This document shows positions 39,678 to 48,774 of a stretch of DNA of 64,000 bases, one piece after another. Numbering within the stretch: position 1 is the stretch's first letter; each line of letters opens with the position of its first letter. The notes beneath the pieces are model-generated. The model worked only from the letters and a program-made list of their open reading frames with translations, did no database searches and was not told the DNA's origin. This DNA comes from an uncultured Planctomycetales bacterium (GTDB lineage Bacteria; Omnitrophota; Gorgyraeia; Zapsychrales; JAHFFX01), in contig CAYXGG010000004.1 of assembly GCA_964464475.1 (NCBI GenBank), forward strand, positions 4,940 through 68,939. The letters run 5' to 3'. The position numbers and the translations under genes are program-made.

Positions 39678-41795
39678 TTAGTACCACGCTAACGTCACAT
39701 CCAACCAAACCGCGTGGGCGTTATAATCCCCCGCTTCCGCTGAGGCATAACTGGTGTCATAGCTGGAATAAACGTAGTGCGGTTCCAACGTTACGCTTTT
39801 ATTAGGTTTAAGCGTGACCCCCATCTCAGCGTCATAACGGGTAAAGTCCGACCCCATGGGCAAACCAATCGTCGAAAAATCATCGAAATTGTTCGCCTGA
39901 GAATAAGTAAACGTCGAAAAGAAACTCATCTGTTCTCGAGGCGAATAGCTAACCGAAGCCATCCAGCTATCCACGTTAGAAGTAAACCCCGGCGTTTTCC
40001 CCGTACTGGCTTTTGCCGCGGGAGTGGTTGTTTTATCCAATTCTCGCGTATAAGCCACCGTCAACAACAACGGATCAAACGGCTGCATCGTAAAATCATA
40101 CGTCATAACATGTGCCAAGACTCGACTCAGCGTTTCCAACTCATTCTCCACTCGGGGATAGTACCGATTGTTCAAAAATTGATATCGCGCTGAAGTCTGC
40201 AGCCAAGAGAAAGGCTTCCAGCCGACTTTAGAACTGACTTCATCCGACTGCAAACGCAAAGCGTCAAAGAATGCCGATCTGGCGGTTGAACCACCAGGAT
40301 TAGTTTCTTTCCGATCATCGTAATCATTGTTCTCATCTTTGTGTTTATAGTGAGCATTAATATTTAGCCAGCCGACGGGAACATATCGTCCCCCGACAAC
40401 GCCAACATTTCTATAAACATGCGTCAGCGTATCGCGCCCAAAGATCTCTCCATCCTCAGGACTCGACTGACCCGCCAAACTGTTACGCGATTCATACAGC
40501 GTATTGCGCGCCTGTGATAAATCCACTTCTGAGTACAGACTTACCTTCGGAATGCCCGAATAACGCAACCCGAAATTCTCACCGAATTGATACACCCGGC
40601 TTTTCGTATCGCTGACCTCTACCGTATTATTGATCCCGTCCGGAGGATTAGTCGTCTCCGATGGATAAATGGAATTACCCCGCTTACTGATTAATTCAGC
40701 TTTCACTTTAGTAATGACATTCAAATCCGGCAAGGGCATCAACGTGTAATGCCCGTTCCAGGCGTGCTGATCCATTTCATTCTCTGCGGTCGCGTTAAAT
40801 TTATTCTTGGGATTAGAGTAGGAAACAGGGATCCCGGCCGCCGTAAATTCCTTTAAGAATTCCAATTCATCATTTCGCAACAAACTATACCGATACCCCA
40901 ACCCCAAAAAGGACTTATCTTCATTAAACCATCGCTCCCCGCGCAAGCTAGACGACATCAAGTCCGTTTTGGGTTCCTGATCTTGACGACGTATTTTGGT
41001 ATCCGCGGCCACCCCCGTCGTAGCAAGACTCCTCTCTTCCCGAAGCGACGTGGCTCTAAAAAATTCCCATTTCTGTTCACCGCTTAATTTAAAATTGGCC
41101 AACATCGTTCGTCCCTTCAAGGCTAAAGAATCCGACGTTTCATCAACGTCTTGCCAGGAGGGTCCAATGCTGCGGGTCGTGGCACCCTCTTTGACGGCGG
41201 TCCAAGCCAATCGCGATTTCTTGCCGTCTTTGACGTGCCGTTCGTATTGAAAACTTAATCCGGATTCTTGTTCGGGATCCGTACCGACTTCCACGTCGAG
41301 GAAACCCACATTCATTTCCAAGTCTGGGTCTAACTCATTAACTCTTAATGTCGTAAAAGAACGATAGACCCCGCCCGTCCCATCAAAGTACTTAGTAAAC
41401 GACTGATACTTGCCTTTTAAATAACCAAATTCTTCTCGAGCAATACCAAACTCGGCCTGCGCGTCATTTTCCTGGGGGAACACAGAACCAGAAAAATTAA
41501 AATGAGTTTCTTTATTAATGTCTTTGGTGTAATTAATATTCTTGAAGCCGTACACATACCCGTCTTTTCTCCAACTCAACGAACGGTATTTCTCGATATC
41601 ACCTTTAACGGCGGTAAAACGAGATTCCGGCGTCACGGTAAAAACCGCTGGCTCTTCAGCGACAGCTTCTTCGGCCTGCTTTTCATCCTGGCCTTGATTT
41701 ATTGTTTCGGTCATCGCTGAATCTGGGGCCGCCACGGCTCCCGGACTCCCCGAAAGCCCGACTAATAGCGCCAATAGAAAAATATACGGACTCAT
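39678..41795 (-). CDS. Outer-membrane beta-barrel, MtrB/PioB-like porin
   Basis: Signal peptide, alternating beta-strand pattern, C-terminal WLDVTLAWY (BAM-type signal) and position directly after an MtrA-like cytochrome. Confidence 0.78.
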   Translation of the reverse strand: MSPYIFLLALLVGLSGSPGAVAAPDSAMTETINQGQDEKQAEEAVAEEPAVFTVTPESRFTAVKGDIEKYRSLSWRKDGYVYGFKNINYTKDINKETHFNFSGSVFPQENDAQAEFGIAREEFGYLKGKYQSFTKYFDGTGGVYRSFTTLRVNELDPDLEMNVGFLDVEVGTDPEQESGLSFQYERHVKDGKKSRLAWTAVKEGATTRSIGPSWQDVDETSDSLALKGRTMLANFKLSGEQKWEFFRATSLREERSLATTGVAADTKIRRQDQEPKTDLMSSSLRGERWFNEDKSFLGLGYRYSLLRNDELEFLKEFTAAGIPVSYSNPKNKFNATAENEMDQHAWNGHYTLMPLPDLNVITKVKAELISKRGNSIYPSETTNPPDGINNTVEVSDTKSRVYQFGENFGLRYSGIPKVSLYSEVDLSQARNTLYESRNSLAGQSSPEDGEIFGRDTLTHVYRNVGVVGGRYVPVGWLNINAHYKHKDENNDYDDRKETNPGGSTARSAFFDALRLQSDEVSSKVGWKPFSWLQTSARYQFLNNRYYPRVENELETLSRVLAHVMTYDFTMQPFDPLLLTVAYTRELDKTTTPAAKASTGKTPGFTSNVDSWMASVSYSPREQMSFFSTFTYSQANNFDDFSTIGLPMGSDFTRYDAEMGVTLKPNKSVTLEPHYVYSSYDTSYASAEAGDYNAHAVWLDVTLAWY

Positions 41796-41809
41796 AGTTC
41801 ACCTCCTCC

Positions 41810-42661
41810 TTAGTAACGCAAATGATCATCGAAATTAGAACCATGCACCGCCGTATGGCATCCGGCGCTAAAGCAGCTTCCCTGCGGCATGCGCGTCCCG
41901 TGATTGGAGCGGCCTATCGTCGGAAAAGCAACCTGGGTATGACACCGCAAACACAGATTATTATCCCGGGCGATCAGCATCTTTTGATTGACCGATCCAT
42001 GGACTTTATGGCAAGTCAAACAGCCTTCTCTCACGGCTTCATGCTCCCAGACAAAAGGCCCGCGCTGTTCCCCATGACATTTAAAACAAGTTTCATTAAC
42101 ATCATCCAAGTAAGCGGTCGTGCCGGGAATCGCATCCGGACCATGCGAATTGTGGCAATCCGCGCAAGCCATTTTGCCTTCCGTAACCGGATGATGAAAA
42201 GGCAGACGAAATTCCGCCCGTTTGTCCGTATGGCAGGAAAAGCAAAGCTCCGGATTCTTGCGCGGGCTCATAATGTTGTCCTTGCCCCCGCCATTCTCCA
42301 CATGAACGCTGCCCGGGCCATGGCACATTTCGCAACCTTGAGCCATTCCCTCAGGAATATCTCTCATGTCGATCCGTGAATGCGTTGATAAATTAAATTC
42401 GCGCTGAGCGTCCTCGTGGCACGTCGCGCAAGTTTCCGTCCCAACATAGGTTGCGCCTGGAGGGAATTTAATCGCGGAAAGCACTTCTTGTTTGGCCATG
42501 GCGGGAGTAACTAAAATGAAGCCAGCCAGAACCAAAAGGAATAAACCCCAATTTAGCTTCCTATTGACTAAAAAGACCCCCGAGAATCCATGCTTCTTCC
42601 CGTGGAATGCCGGAAGCCAAGAGCGCCTGCCCCCATCAATTAATTTATCTTGGATGTTCAT
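41810..42661 (-). CDS. MtrA/DmsE-like periplasmic multiheme cytochrome c (8 heme motifs)
   Basis: YVGTETCATCH, CEMCHGPGSVH, CFSCH, CADCHNSHG, CFKCHGEQRGPFVWEH, CLTCHKVHGS, CLRCH and CFSAGCHTAVHGSN. Start at 42661 from SD spacing. Confidence 0.9.
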   Translation of the reverse strand: MNIQDKLIDGGRRSWLPAFHGKKHGFSGVFLVNRKLNWGLFLLVLAGFILVTPAMAKQEVLSAIKFPPGATYVGTETCATCHEDAQREFNLSTHSRIDMRDIPEGMAQGCEMCHGPGSVHVENGGGKDNIMSPRKNPELCFSCHTDKRAEFRLPFHHPVTEGKMACADCHNSHGPDAIPGTTAYLDDVNETCFKCHGEQRGPFVWEHEAVREGCLTCHKVHGSVNQKMLIARDNNLCLRCHTQVAFPTIGRSNHGTRMPQGSCFSAGCHTAVHGSNFDDHLRY

Positions 42662-42682
42662 AGGCATCTCCTTAATTTTTCT

Positions 42683-42955
42683 CTACTTACTTTTAGAATT
42701 CTCGACTGGACCAATCGTTTTATACGTTTCTTCCGTTGGTTCAGTCGCCGCCTCGACCGCCTTTTTGCCATAATCGTTCAAGTCATGCTGCCCTTGCTCT
42801 TTTTTAGGTTTGTCACTAACATGACAATCAATGCATTTGGGTTTCGCGGAAGGGAAAACTTTTTTGTAAATCTTGATTTGATCAACGTCCGCGGAAGCCA
42901 CCCCTCCTAACAAAAATACCGACGTTAGCATCATTAAGAATAATTTCATGATCAC
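42683..42955 (-). CDS. Small exported monoheme cytochrome c
   Basis: Signal peptide and a single CIDCH motif. Confidence 0.8.
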   Translation of the reverse strand: MIMKLFLMMLTSVFLLGGVASADVDQIKIYKKVFPSAKPKCIDCHVSDKPKKEQGQHDLNDYGKKAVEAATEPTEETYKTIGPVENSKSK

Positions 42956-42966
42956 TCCTTTTTTGA

Positions 42967-44550
42967 TTATGTTAGCTTAAGCATTGATTTCTTAAATCCC
43001 CACCACAACAAAAAGACGGCTTCGACCGCCACAAATATTCCAACCCACGCCGTTCCACCCGCCCCGGCCCCATAACTATGTAACCCTCTCCCCAATAAAA
43101 AATTAACGCCATACCACGTCATCAAAACTAACTGAAATCCAATAATGGTTCCGATGGCCAACCCTTGATCCGTCAATTTTCCCGCGTAACGTAGATGCAA
43201 AAGAGCCATATAACCTAAGAAAGTAATGAGCGCCCACGTTTCCTTAGGGTCCCACCCCCAAAATCGCCCCCAAGACTCATTAGCCCACACGCCTCCCAAC
43301 ACGGTCCCAATGCCTAGCGTCAAACTTCCCAATTGTAAGAGGCGCAGCATGGCCTGCCCGGAGGCTTGTTCATCGGGCGAAGATAATCTTCCCAGCGAAT
43401 TTAAAATTATGTGGCGATGCCCCAGGGCCATGGCCAAACCAAAGACCCCATAGCTCGCCACGATCGTCAAAACATGCAACGTCAACCAATAATTACTGCG
43501 CAACACCGGCACCAGCACCCCTAAAGATTTCTCCACTGGTAATAAATCGCCATACAACAAAACCAAAGCCGCCGCCAAAGAGCCTGACGTCAAAACAAAA
43601 TAATTCTTTCCCTTCCCCCAGAATCCGGCAATACAAAGCACCAGAATCCAACTCATAAAAATAATGGATTCATACATGTTGGACACCGGTGGCCGCTCCA
43701 AAATCAAACTACGCAAAACCATGCCAACACTGTGATAAATAAATCCGGCTATCAGTAACCCACCCCCCAGCTTCTTTAACCCATCCTTACCGGCGTTCAT
43801 CATTAACAAAATAAAACTACACAAATAAATCATCCAACCCATTTGAAAAGGACGTAATAAATAATACTGTCCCTCCAGCCCAATCATCTGGCGCCACTTT
43901 TGTTGAGTGGTGACGTGCGTTGCCGTGTTCCAGGCCTGCAATGATTTCTCGTTAACGGATAAGCCTTGCGCCACTAAAGCCTTAAAAGTCATTCCGGATT
44001 CGTTCTGTATCACCCAAGGAGAGAGCCATTCCTCCGATGGTGCTGGCACCACCTTAAATAAATCACCGCCGCTTAACTGATCCACCAACAACAAGCGTCC
44101 ATAAACGGCTTCTGCTTTTTGCTCCAAAGCAGAAGGACGTTCGTCTTGATCCCTTTTCTTCTGGGATGAACCGACCAGATTAACTAACTCACCGACTTTA
44201 GGACGTAATTCTCGATAAGAAAAATATTTTTGTTCCCTATCCAGCAACAACGATTCCTTCAAAGGGCGATAGTCCAAAGCAATCATCTTCTCATCAAGAA
44301 AACTCTCCGGTTTAGACATACGCGCCCAAATAAAGCTCACCGCGCTTTGTCCTACAAAACGTTCCTTACCCGTGATTTCTCTAAGTGTTTCGCGAGCAAA
44401 CGATTCAAAAGATTTGACCCGACCGCCGTGAAGAATTGGAATCGCCCCGGCCGCCTTCTCAAAAGAGTCGCCGCGCAGCCAGGCAACGGATGCCAGCGCC
44501 AAGAAAAATCCGATGCCGACCATCAGCACGTTAAATCTTTGATTGTTCAT
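42967..44550 (-). CDS. ccsA: Cytochrome c biogenesis system II protein CcsA/ResC
   Basis: WWD domain GVWANESWGRFWGWDPKETW, plus PVSNMYES and WLTLHV. Confidence 0.93.
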   Translation of the reverse strand: MNNQRFNVLMVGIGFFLALASVAWLRGDSFEKAAGAIPILHGGRVKSFESFARETLREITGKERFVGQSAVSFIWARMSKPESFLDEKMIALDYRPLKESLLLDREQKYFSYRELRPKVGELVNLVGSSQKKRDQDERPSALEQKAEAVYGRLLLVDQLSGGDLFKVVPAPSEEWLSPWVIQNESGMTFKALVAQGLSVNEKSLQAWNTATHVTTQQKWRQMIGLEGQYYLLRPFQMGWMIYLCSFILLMMNAGKDGLKKLGGGLLIAGFIYHSVGMVLRSLILERPPVSNMYESIIFMSWILVLCIAGFWGKGKNYFVLTSGSLAAALVLLYGDLLPVEKSLGVLVPVLRSNYWLTLHVLTIVASYGVFGLAMALGHRHIILNSLGRLSSPDEQASGQAMLRLLQLGSLTLGIGTVLGGVWANESWGRFWGWDPKETWALITFLGYMALLHLRYAGKLTDQGLAIGTIIGFQLVLMTWYGVNFLLGRGLHSYGAGAGGTAWVGIFVAVEAVFLLWWGFKKSMLKLT

Positions 44551-46367
44551 AGCGACTCCTCGTCTTTACCGCTAGGCGTCTTTTTGGCGGACGCACTTAG
44601 TTTCTTACCGTAAAACTGAAAGAACGCTCCCAAGAAAATGAGCGTGGAACTGTTATAAATCAAACCAATCCCTGGATTCTTAGCCACCGTAAAAATGGAA
44701 CCTTCTCCTTCGTGAGGATCCTGAAAGAAAGAAGATTGAAAAATTTTGTAACCGCGGTAGGAGAGTGGCTGATTCATGCTTATAGTTTTTTCCATGACTA
44801 ATTTCTCGGCAGGATCTTCGAGCACAACCTTACTTTCATAAGAAGCCGCCTGCTGCGTTCCCGGATAATCAACTTTTTGAAAATCTTTTAGCGTTAACGT
44901 AAAGGGTAATTTAGACATGATCGGTACCAGGGCGAGTCTCCAATCACCGGTCCCGATGGCTAAATCCGTGTCTTTACCTTCTATAATCCAAGCTCGTTTT
45001 AGAGTTCCCTGGTCCAGCGCTGCAATTTCAACCGCCGTAGCCCCTTTTCCCGGATCCGGAGAAGGAATTATTTTTGTTTCCACTACCGCCCGATCATAGA
45101 TGGCTTCAATCTTAAATACGGCATCCATCCAGCCAGCGCTGATGGATTCATTAATGTTTACTTTCCCGCGCTTGCTATCTGCGCCTTTAATTCTCGACTG
45201 ATAATGGAGCGCTCCCGTTTCATCTCGCCAAAAGGCCAAATAACTGTTAAGACTAACGTCATCAACATTCGCGTTTTGGGCCGTAAATTCAATTTGCACG
45301 GCTAACTGCTCCACCTGACTGTCTTGATGCAACATTTCAAAATGGGGAAATAAAGCAAATTTCAGAACTGGCTGGGATTTTCCTTCAGGAGAAACCAAAT
45401 CAAATTTGACCGCTGGATTAGGCTCTCCGCTATCAACGAGATTAACCACACCTTCTTTGGCCACGCGCGCATGCGAGAGGTAAACAAGATTGCGGATCAC
45501 CCATCCCGAATTCCCTAGGGGAGCGGCAACAATATTTTCTTCGGTAAGCGGAAATTCGAACCAATCTGATTTCTCATCAAATTTAAACCGTAATTGAGTT
45601 TCCTCTGCGACTTCCTCGGGAGGAGCCTGGGGTAAAAGCATCAAATCCAAAGGACCCAAGGATTTATAAAAACCTTCCGGATTAAACGGATCATGTTCTA
45701 CCAACCAAATTGATTCCTGCATCTTGGCCTGAGCACTGGATACGGCAACCTTGACGGCTAAATTCACGTCGGCTTGCGAATCTCCCGGCTTCACTTCATA
45801 ATCTCTGGCGGCGTGATCCAAAATATTTGTCACTTTAAAATCTACCGTTGGATTCTTCTGAGCGTTCTTCGATTTTTTATTCTCTAAAGGACAAAAATTG
45901 GGATCAATCCGATGCCGCGGGGCCAACACGGCATGGGTTCCTTCCCTCACAGGAACCCATTGGTCTTCCATGCCGGGTGACGAGACTCGAATCTGCGCGC
46001 CTCCTAACATCAACACATTAGCTGATTGTTGTTCTCTTAACGTCAACTGGCCCTCCTGGCCATAGGTACGCGTGATTAACGATCCCAGCAGCAAACCTAA
46101 AATGCCAATATGAGTGACCACAAAAGCAGCGTGTTTTTTCTGAAAAGGTAAACGTAATACCGTCGCGCAAAATATATTGATCCAAAGCAACGCTAACAGA
46201 AAATCGAACCAACGCGTTTGGTAGACCGATTTCTGGACTAAGGCCGTTCCATAGCGCGACTCCAAAGTAGTCGACGTGATCAAAAGACCCATCAGGGCTA
46301 AACAAATGATCACGGCAAAATGGACCGAACCTAATTGACGAATAAGCTTCATGGACCAACGCACCAT
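44547..46367 (-). CDS. resB: Cytochrome c biogenesis system II protein CcsB/ResB
   Basis: N-terminal TMs with VTHIG, ISMNQPLSYRGYKIFQSSF and adjacency to ccsA. Confidence 0.88.
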   Translation of the reverse strand: MVRWSMKLIRQLGSVHFAVIICLALMGLLITSTTLESRYGTALVQKSVYQTRWFDFLLALLWINIFCATVLRLPFQKKHAAFVVTHIGILGLLLGSLITRTYGQEGQLTLREQQSANVLMLGGAQIRVSSPGMEDQWVPVREGTHAVLAPRHRIDPNFCPLENKKSKNAQKNPTVDFKVTNILDHAARDYEVKPGDSQADVNLAVKVAVSSAQAKMQESIWLVEHDPFNPEGFYKSLGPLDLMLLPQAPPEEVAEETQLRFKFDEKSDWFEFPLTEENIVAAPLGNSGWVIRNLVYLSHARVAKEGVVNLVDSGEPNPAVKFDLVSPEGKSQPVLKFALFPHFEMLHQDSQVEQLAVQIEFTAQNANVDDVSLNSYLAFWRDETGALHYQSRIKGADSKRGKVNINESISAGWMDAVFKIEAIYDRAVVETKIIPSPDPGKGATAVEIAALDQGTLKRAWIIEGKDTDLAIGTGDWRLALVPIMSKLPFTLTLKDFQKVDYPGTQQAASYESKVVLEDPAEKLVMEKTISMNQPLSYRGYKIFQSSFFQDPHEGEGSIFTVAKNPGIGLIYNSSTLIFLGAFFQFYGKKLSASAKKTPSGKDEESL

Positions 46368-46378
46368 GGATCAACCCT

Positions 46379-47425
46379 CTAAGTTGTTACCGTCATCTTT
46401 TCCAAAACGGATGACACTGAAGTCATTTTTTGACGAAATTGGATCATCTTTTGCTGAATGATCTCTTCTACCTGGCTTTTGGCCGCGAGTCGTAACGCCG
46501 CGTTATCTTCCAAGACTCTATCCAAATCATCGAGACTCAGGAGCTCAACCCCCTCAATATCGGCCACTTTGGGATGAATGTTGCGAGGCATCGAAATGTC
46601 AACCATGATTAACGGTCGGGATCTCCCTCTCATCACTTTGCGAACCAACTCGGTTTCAATTAAATAATGCGGGGCCCCCGCAGAACAAATACAAGCATCC
46701 ACGTCCCTCAACACTTCTAATATCTCCCAATAAGAAACCGCCTGACCCTGAATTTGCTGTGCTAATTCCTGAGCCTTTTCTTCATTTCGATTCATCACGT
46801 ACACCTTCGCCACTGATTTCAAATTCAACTGTTGAATAGCCAACGACGCCATTTTCCCCGCCCCTAAAATCAAAATTTTCTTGTCCTTTAGCGATTGCAA
46901 ACGTTGTTGAGCCGCCGTGACCGCAGCCCAACTCACCGAAGCGCCCCCCACGCTTATGTTTGTTTCCGCTTGAGCCTTCTTGCCCGCGCGAATCGCTAGG
47001 TTAGTTAAAATATTTAATTGGCGGCTCATCATCCCTTTTGAACGCGCCAACTCGACCGCGTCCTTAAATTGACCCAGGATCTGCTTTTCTCCCATGATCA
47101 AAGAATCTAACGAACACGCCACGCGAAATAAATGATCGACCGCCTCCTCATCCGTATAAAAATAAAAAGCCTCCTTCACCCATGGCTCAAAAAGTACTTT
47201 TTTTAAGGACAGCAAGTTCCCAAAAACACGCTCTTGGGCATTATCAACCGCATCGACATAAATCTCGGTTCGATTACATGTCGAAATCACAAAACATCCC
47301 GCAATCGCAGGGTCACACTTAAGCTCATTAATAAACAATTCTCGTTCTAAAGGACGCAAGAAAAACTTCTCCCTAAAATCAACACTCGATGTCTTATGGT
47401 TAATACCAAGCACCCTTAATCCCAT
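46379..47425 (-). CDS. hemA: Glutamyl-tRNA reductase
   Basis: GINHKT, STCNRTE, HLFRVACSLDS, GEKQILGQ, GAGKMA and DISMPRNI. Confidence 0.95.
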   Translation of the reverse strand: MGLRVLGINHKTSSVDFREKFFLRPLERELFINELKCDPAIAGCFVISTCNRTEIYVDAVDNAQERVFGNLLSLKKVLFEPWVKEAFYFYTDEEAVDHLFRVACSLDSLIMGEKQILGQFKDAVELARSKGMMSRQLNILTNLAIRAGKKAQAETNISVGGASVSWAAVTAAQQRLQSLKDKKILILGAGKMASLAIQQLNLKSVAKVYVMNRNEEKAQELAQQIQGQAVSYWEILEVLRDVDACICSAGAPHYLIETELVRKVMRGRSRPLIMVDISMPRNIHPKVADIEGVELLSLDDLDRVLEDNAALRLAAKSQVEEIIQQKMIQFRQKMTSVSSVLEKMTVTT

Positions 47426-47436
47426 TGGCGGGCCTC

Positions 47437-47964
47437 CTAATTGTTGACGGCTGGCGATTCCTTAACTTTTTGCCAAAGTTCCTGACGTTCAGCACTTTTT
47501 AATTGTTCACGGATAGTTCCCAGCACACTGTCTTTCTCAATCTGCAGATGATGACGCAATAAACAAAATACATAGGTTCCTTCGTCATGAATTTTCCGAA
47601 CGATTTTTTTGCGAGAATGACGCTTCGGCAATTCTTCAACCGACACGCACAAATCATTCAAATGTTTAATTTTATTTTCCAATTCGAAATGCTCGGCTTT
47701 CAAAAACTGCAGGAGCGGCACTAAGCTAGGAACGCGTTGACTGAGGTAGGGAAAAACAATTTTATCCTGAATGGCTATCAACTCGATCAACTCTTCAGCC
47801 AAACAGCGAGCAATGCTACCCGCGGATCGAATGTTCCTCTTCTCCAGAAACTTGCCCTCATAGTGCAAATTAGATAACGCGGAATACAACTCATCGGTCT
47901 TATGCAAAATATTAATTTGCCGTGAGTTTAATAAAGAAATTAAATTTTGATCATGAATAGGCAT
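47437..47964 (-). CDS. Degenerate hemerythrin/HHE-like four-helix protein
   Basis: IVFPYL, LKAEH and LRHHLQIEKDSVL hemerythrin-like motifs. Start is probably ATG 47964 (the track used TTG 47976). Confidence 0.7.
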   Translation of the reverse strand: MPIHDQNLISLLNSRQINILHKTDELYSALSNLHYEGKFLEKRNIRSAGSIARCLAEELIELIAIQDKIVFPYLSQRVPSLVPLLQFLKAEHFELENKIKHLNDLCVSVEELPKRHSRKKIVRKIHDEGTYVFCLLRHHLQIEKDSVLGTIREQLKSAERQELWQKVKESPAVNN

Positions 47965-47993
47965 AATGTCCGCCAAGGTAATTCAATGGCGGC

Positions 47994-48036
47994 ATTATAT
48001 TAGGGAACCTATTTTATGTCTGTGACGAGCGTCACA
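47994..48036 (-). promoter_or_regulatory. CRP-type binding site plus -10 box (class II promoter)
   Basis: Perfect TGTGA-cgagcg-TCACA at 48021-48036 and minus-strand TATAAT at 47999-47994. The site is centred at -41.5 if TATAAT is taken as -12..-7. Confidence 0.85.
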
Positions 48037-48084
48037 AAGGGAGAAAAAAGTTCATTATCAAAAATAAACGGGTGAAGGGTTCTT

Positions 48085-48774
48085 TTAAGAGGATAGTAAC
48101 CGCTCAGCAGCGAGGATTTGAATACGGCGAGATTTTGTTCGAATGATTTTCTTCTGGGCCAGGCGGCTTAAATGACGGCTCACGGTTTCCCTGGCCAGCC
48201 CTAGCCTTTGAGCTATTTCTTCGTGAGTCAAAATGACGTTAACCTCTCGAACGCCTTGCTCATCAAGGTGACCATCGGAAGCATCTAACAAAAACTTGGC
48301 GATGCGTTGGGCGGGATCATCCAAACTCACCGATTCAATGAGTGAACAAAATCGGCACAATCTCTTGGCCAGAATTTGATTTAACTTCTTGGCCAACAAA
48401 TGGTTGGATTCCAGCAATTGGGTATAAACAGAGCGTGGAACCGCCCACACTTTTAAGGGGGACATCGCTTGTCCTGAGGCTGAACAGCTCCATTTGGTGG
48501 CGCCGGGGTTGCAAGCACACGATTCCCCAGGTTCCAAAACTTCTAAAATCTGCTCTTTGCCTTGGGCCGAATGTCTGAATATTTTCATGCGACCAGTTTG
48601 AACAATAAAAATTTTCTCGCAGGGGTCGGTCTCTGTAAAAATAAGTTCTCCTTTAGCATAAACTTCTAATTTAACCTGCTTTTTAATTTTTGACAGTTCT
48701 TTGGCGGGAATCCCTTGAAACAAGGATAAATTCTCAAAACTCATCGCGAGCGTGTCCTTCGCTTGGAATTTCAT
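48085..48774 (-). CDS. Crp/Fnr family transcriptional regulator (Cys-rich)
   Basis: cNMP-like domain (KGELIF, GRMKIF, GKEQIL) and HTH LTHEEIAQRLGLARETVSRHL. Confidence 0.93.
   Translation of the reverse strand: MKFQAKDTLAMSFENLSLFQGIPAKELSKIKKQVKLEVYAKGELIFTETDPCEKIFIVQTGRMKIFRHSAQGKEQILEVLEPGESCACNPGATKWSCSASGQAMSPLKVWAVPRSVYTQLLESNHLLAKKLNQILAKRLCRFCSLIESVSLDDPAQRIAKFLLDASDGHLDEQGVREVNVILTHEEIAQRLGLARETVSRHLSRLAQKKIIRTKSRRIQILAAERLLSS

Noticed and set aside
48085-48774. Calling the regulator fnr or crp
   Set aside because: It lacks the FNR N-terminal Cys cluster and clear cAMP-pocket residues, so it is named at family level only.
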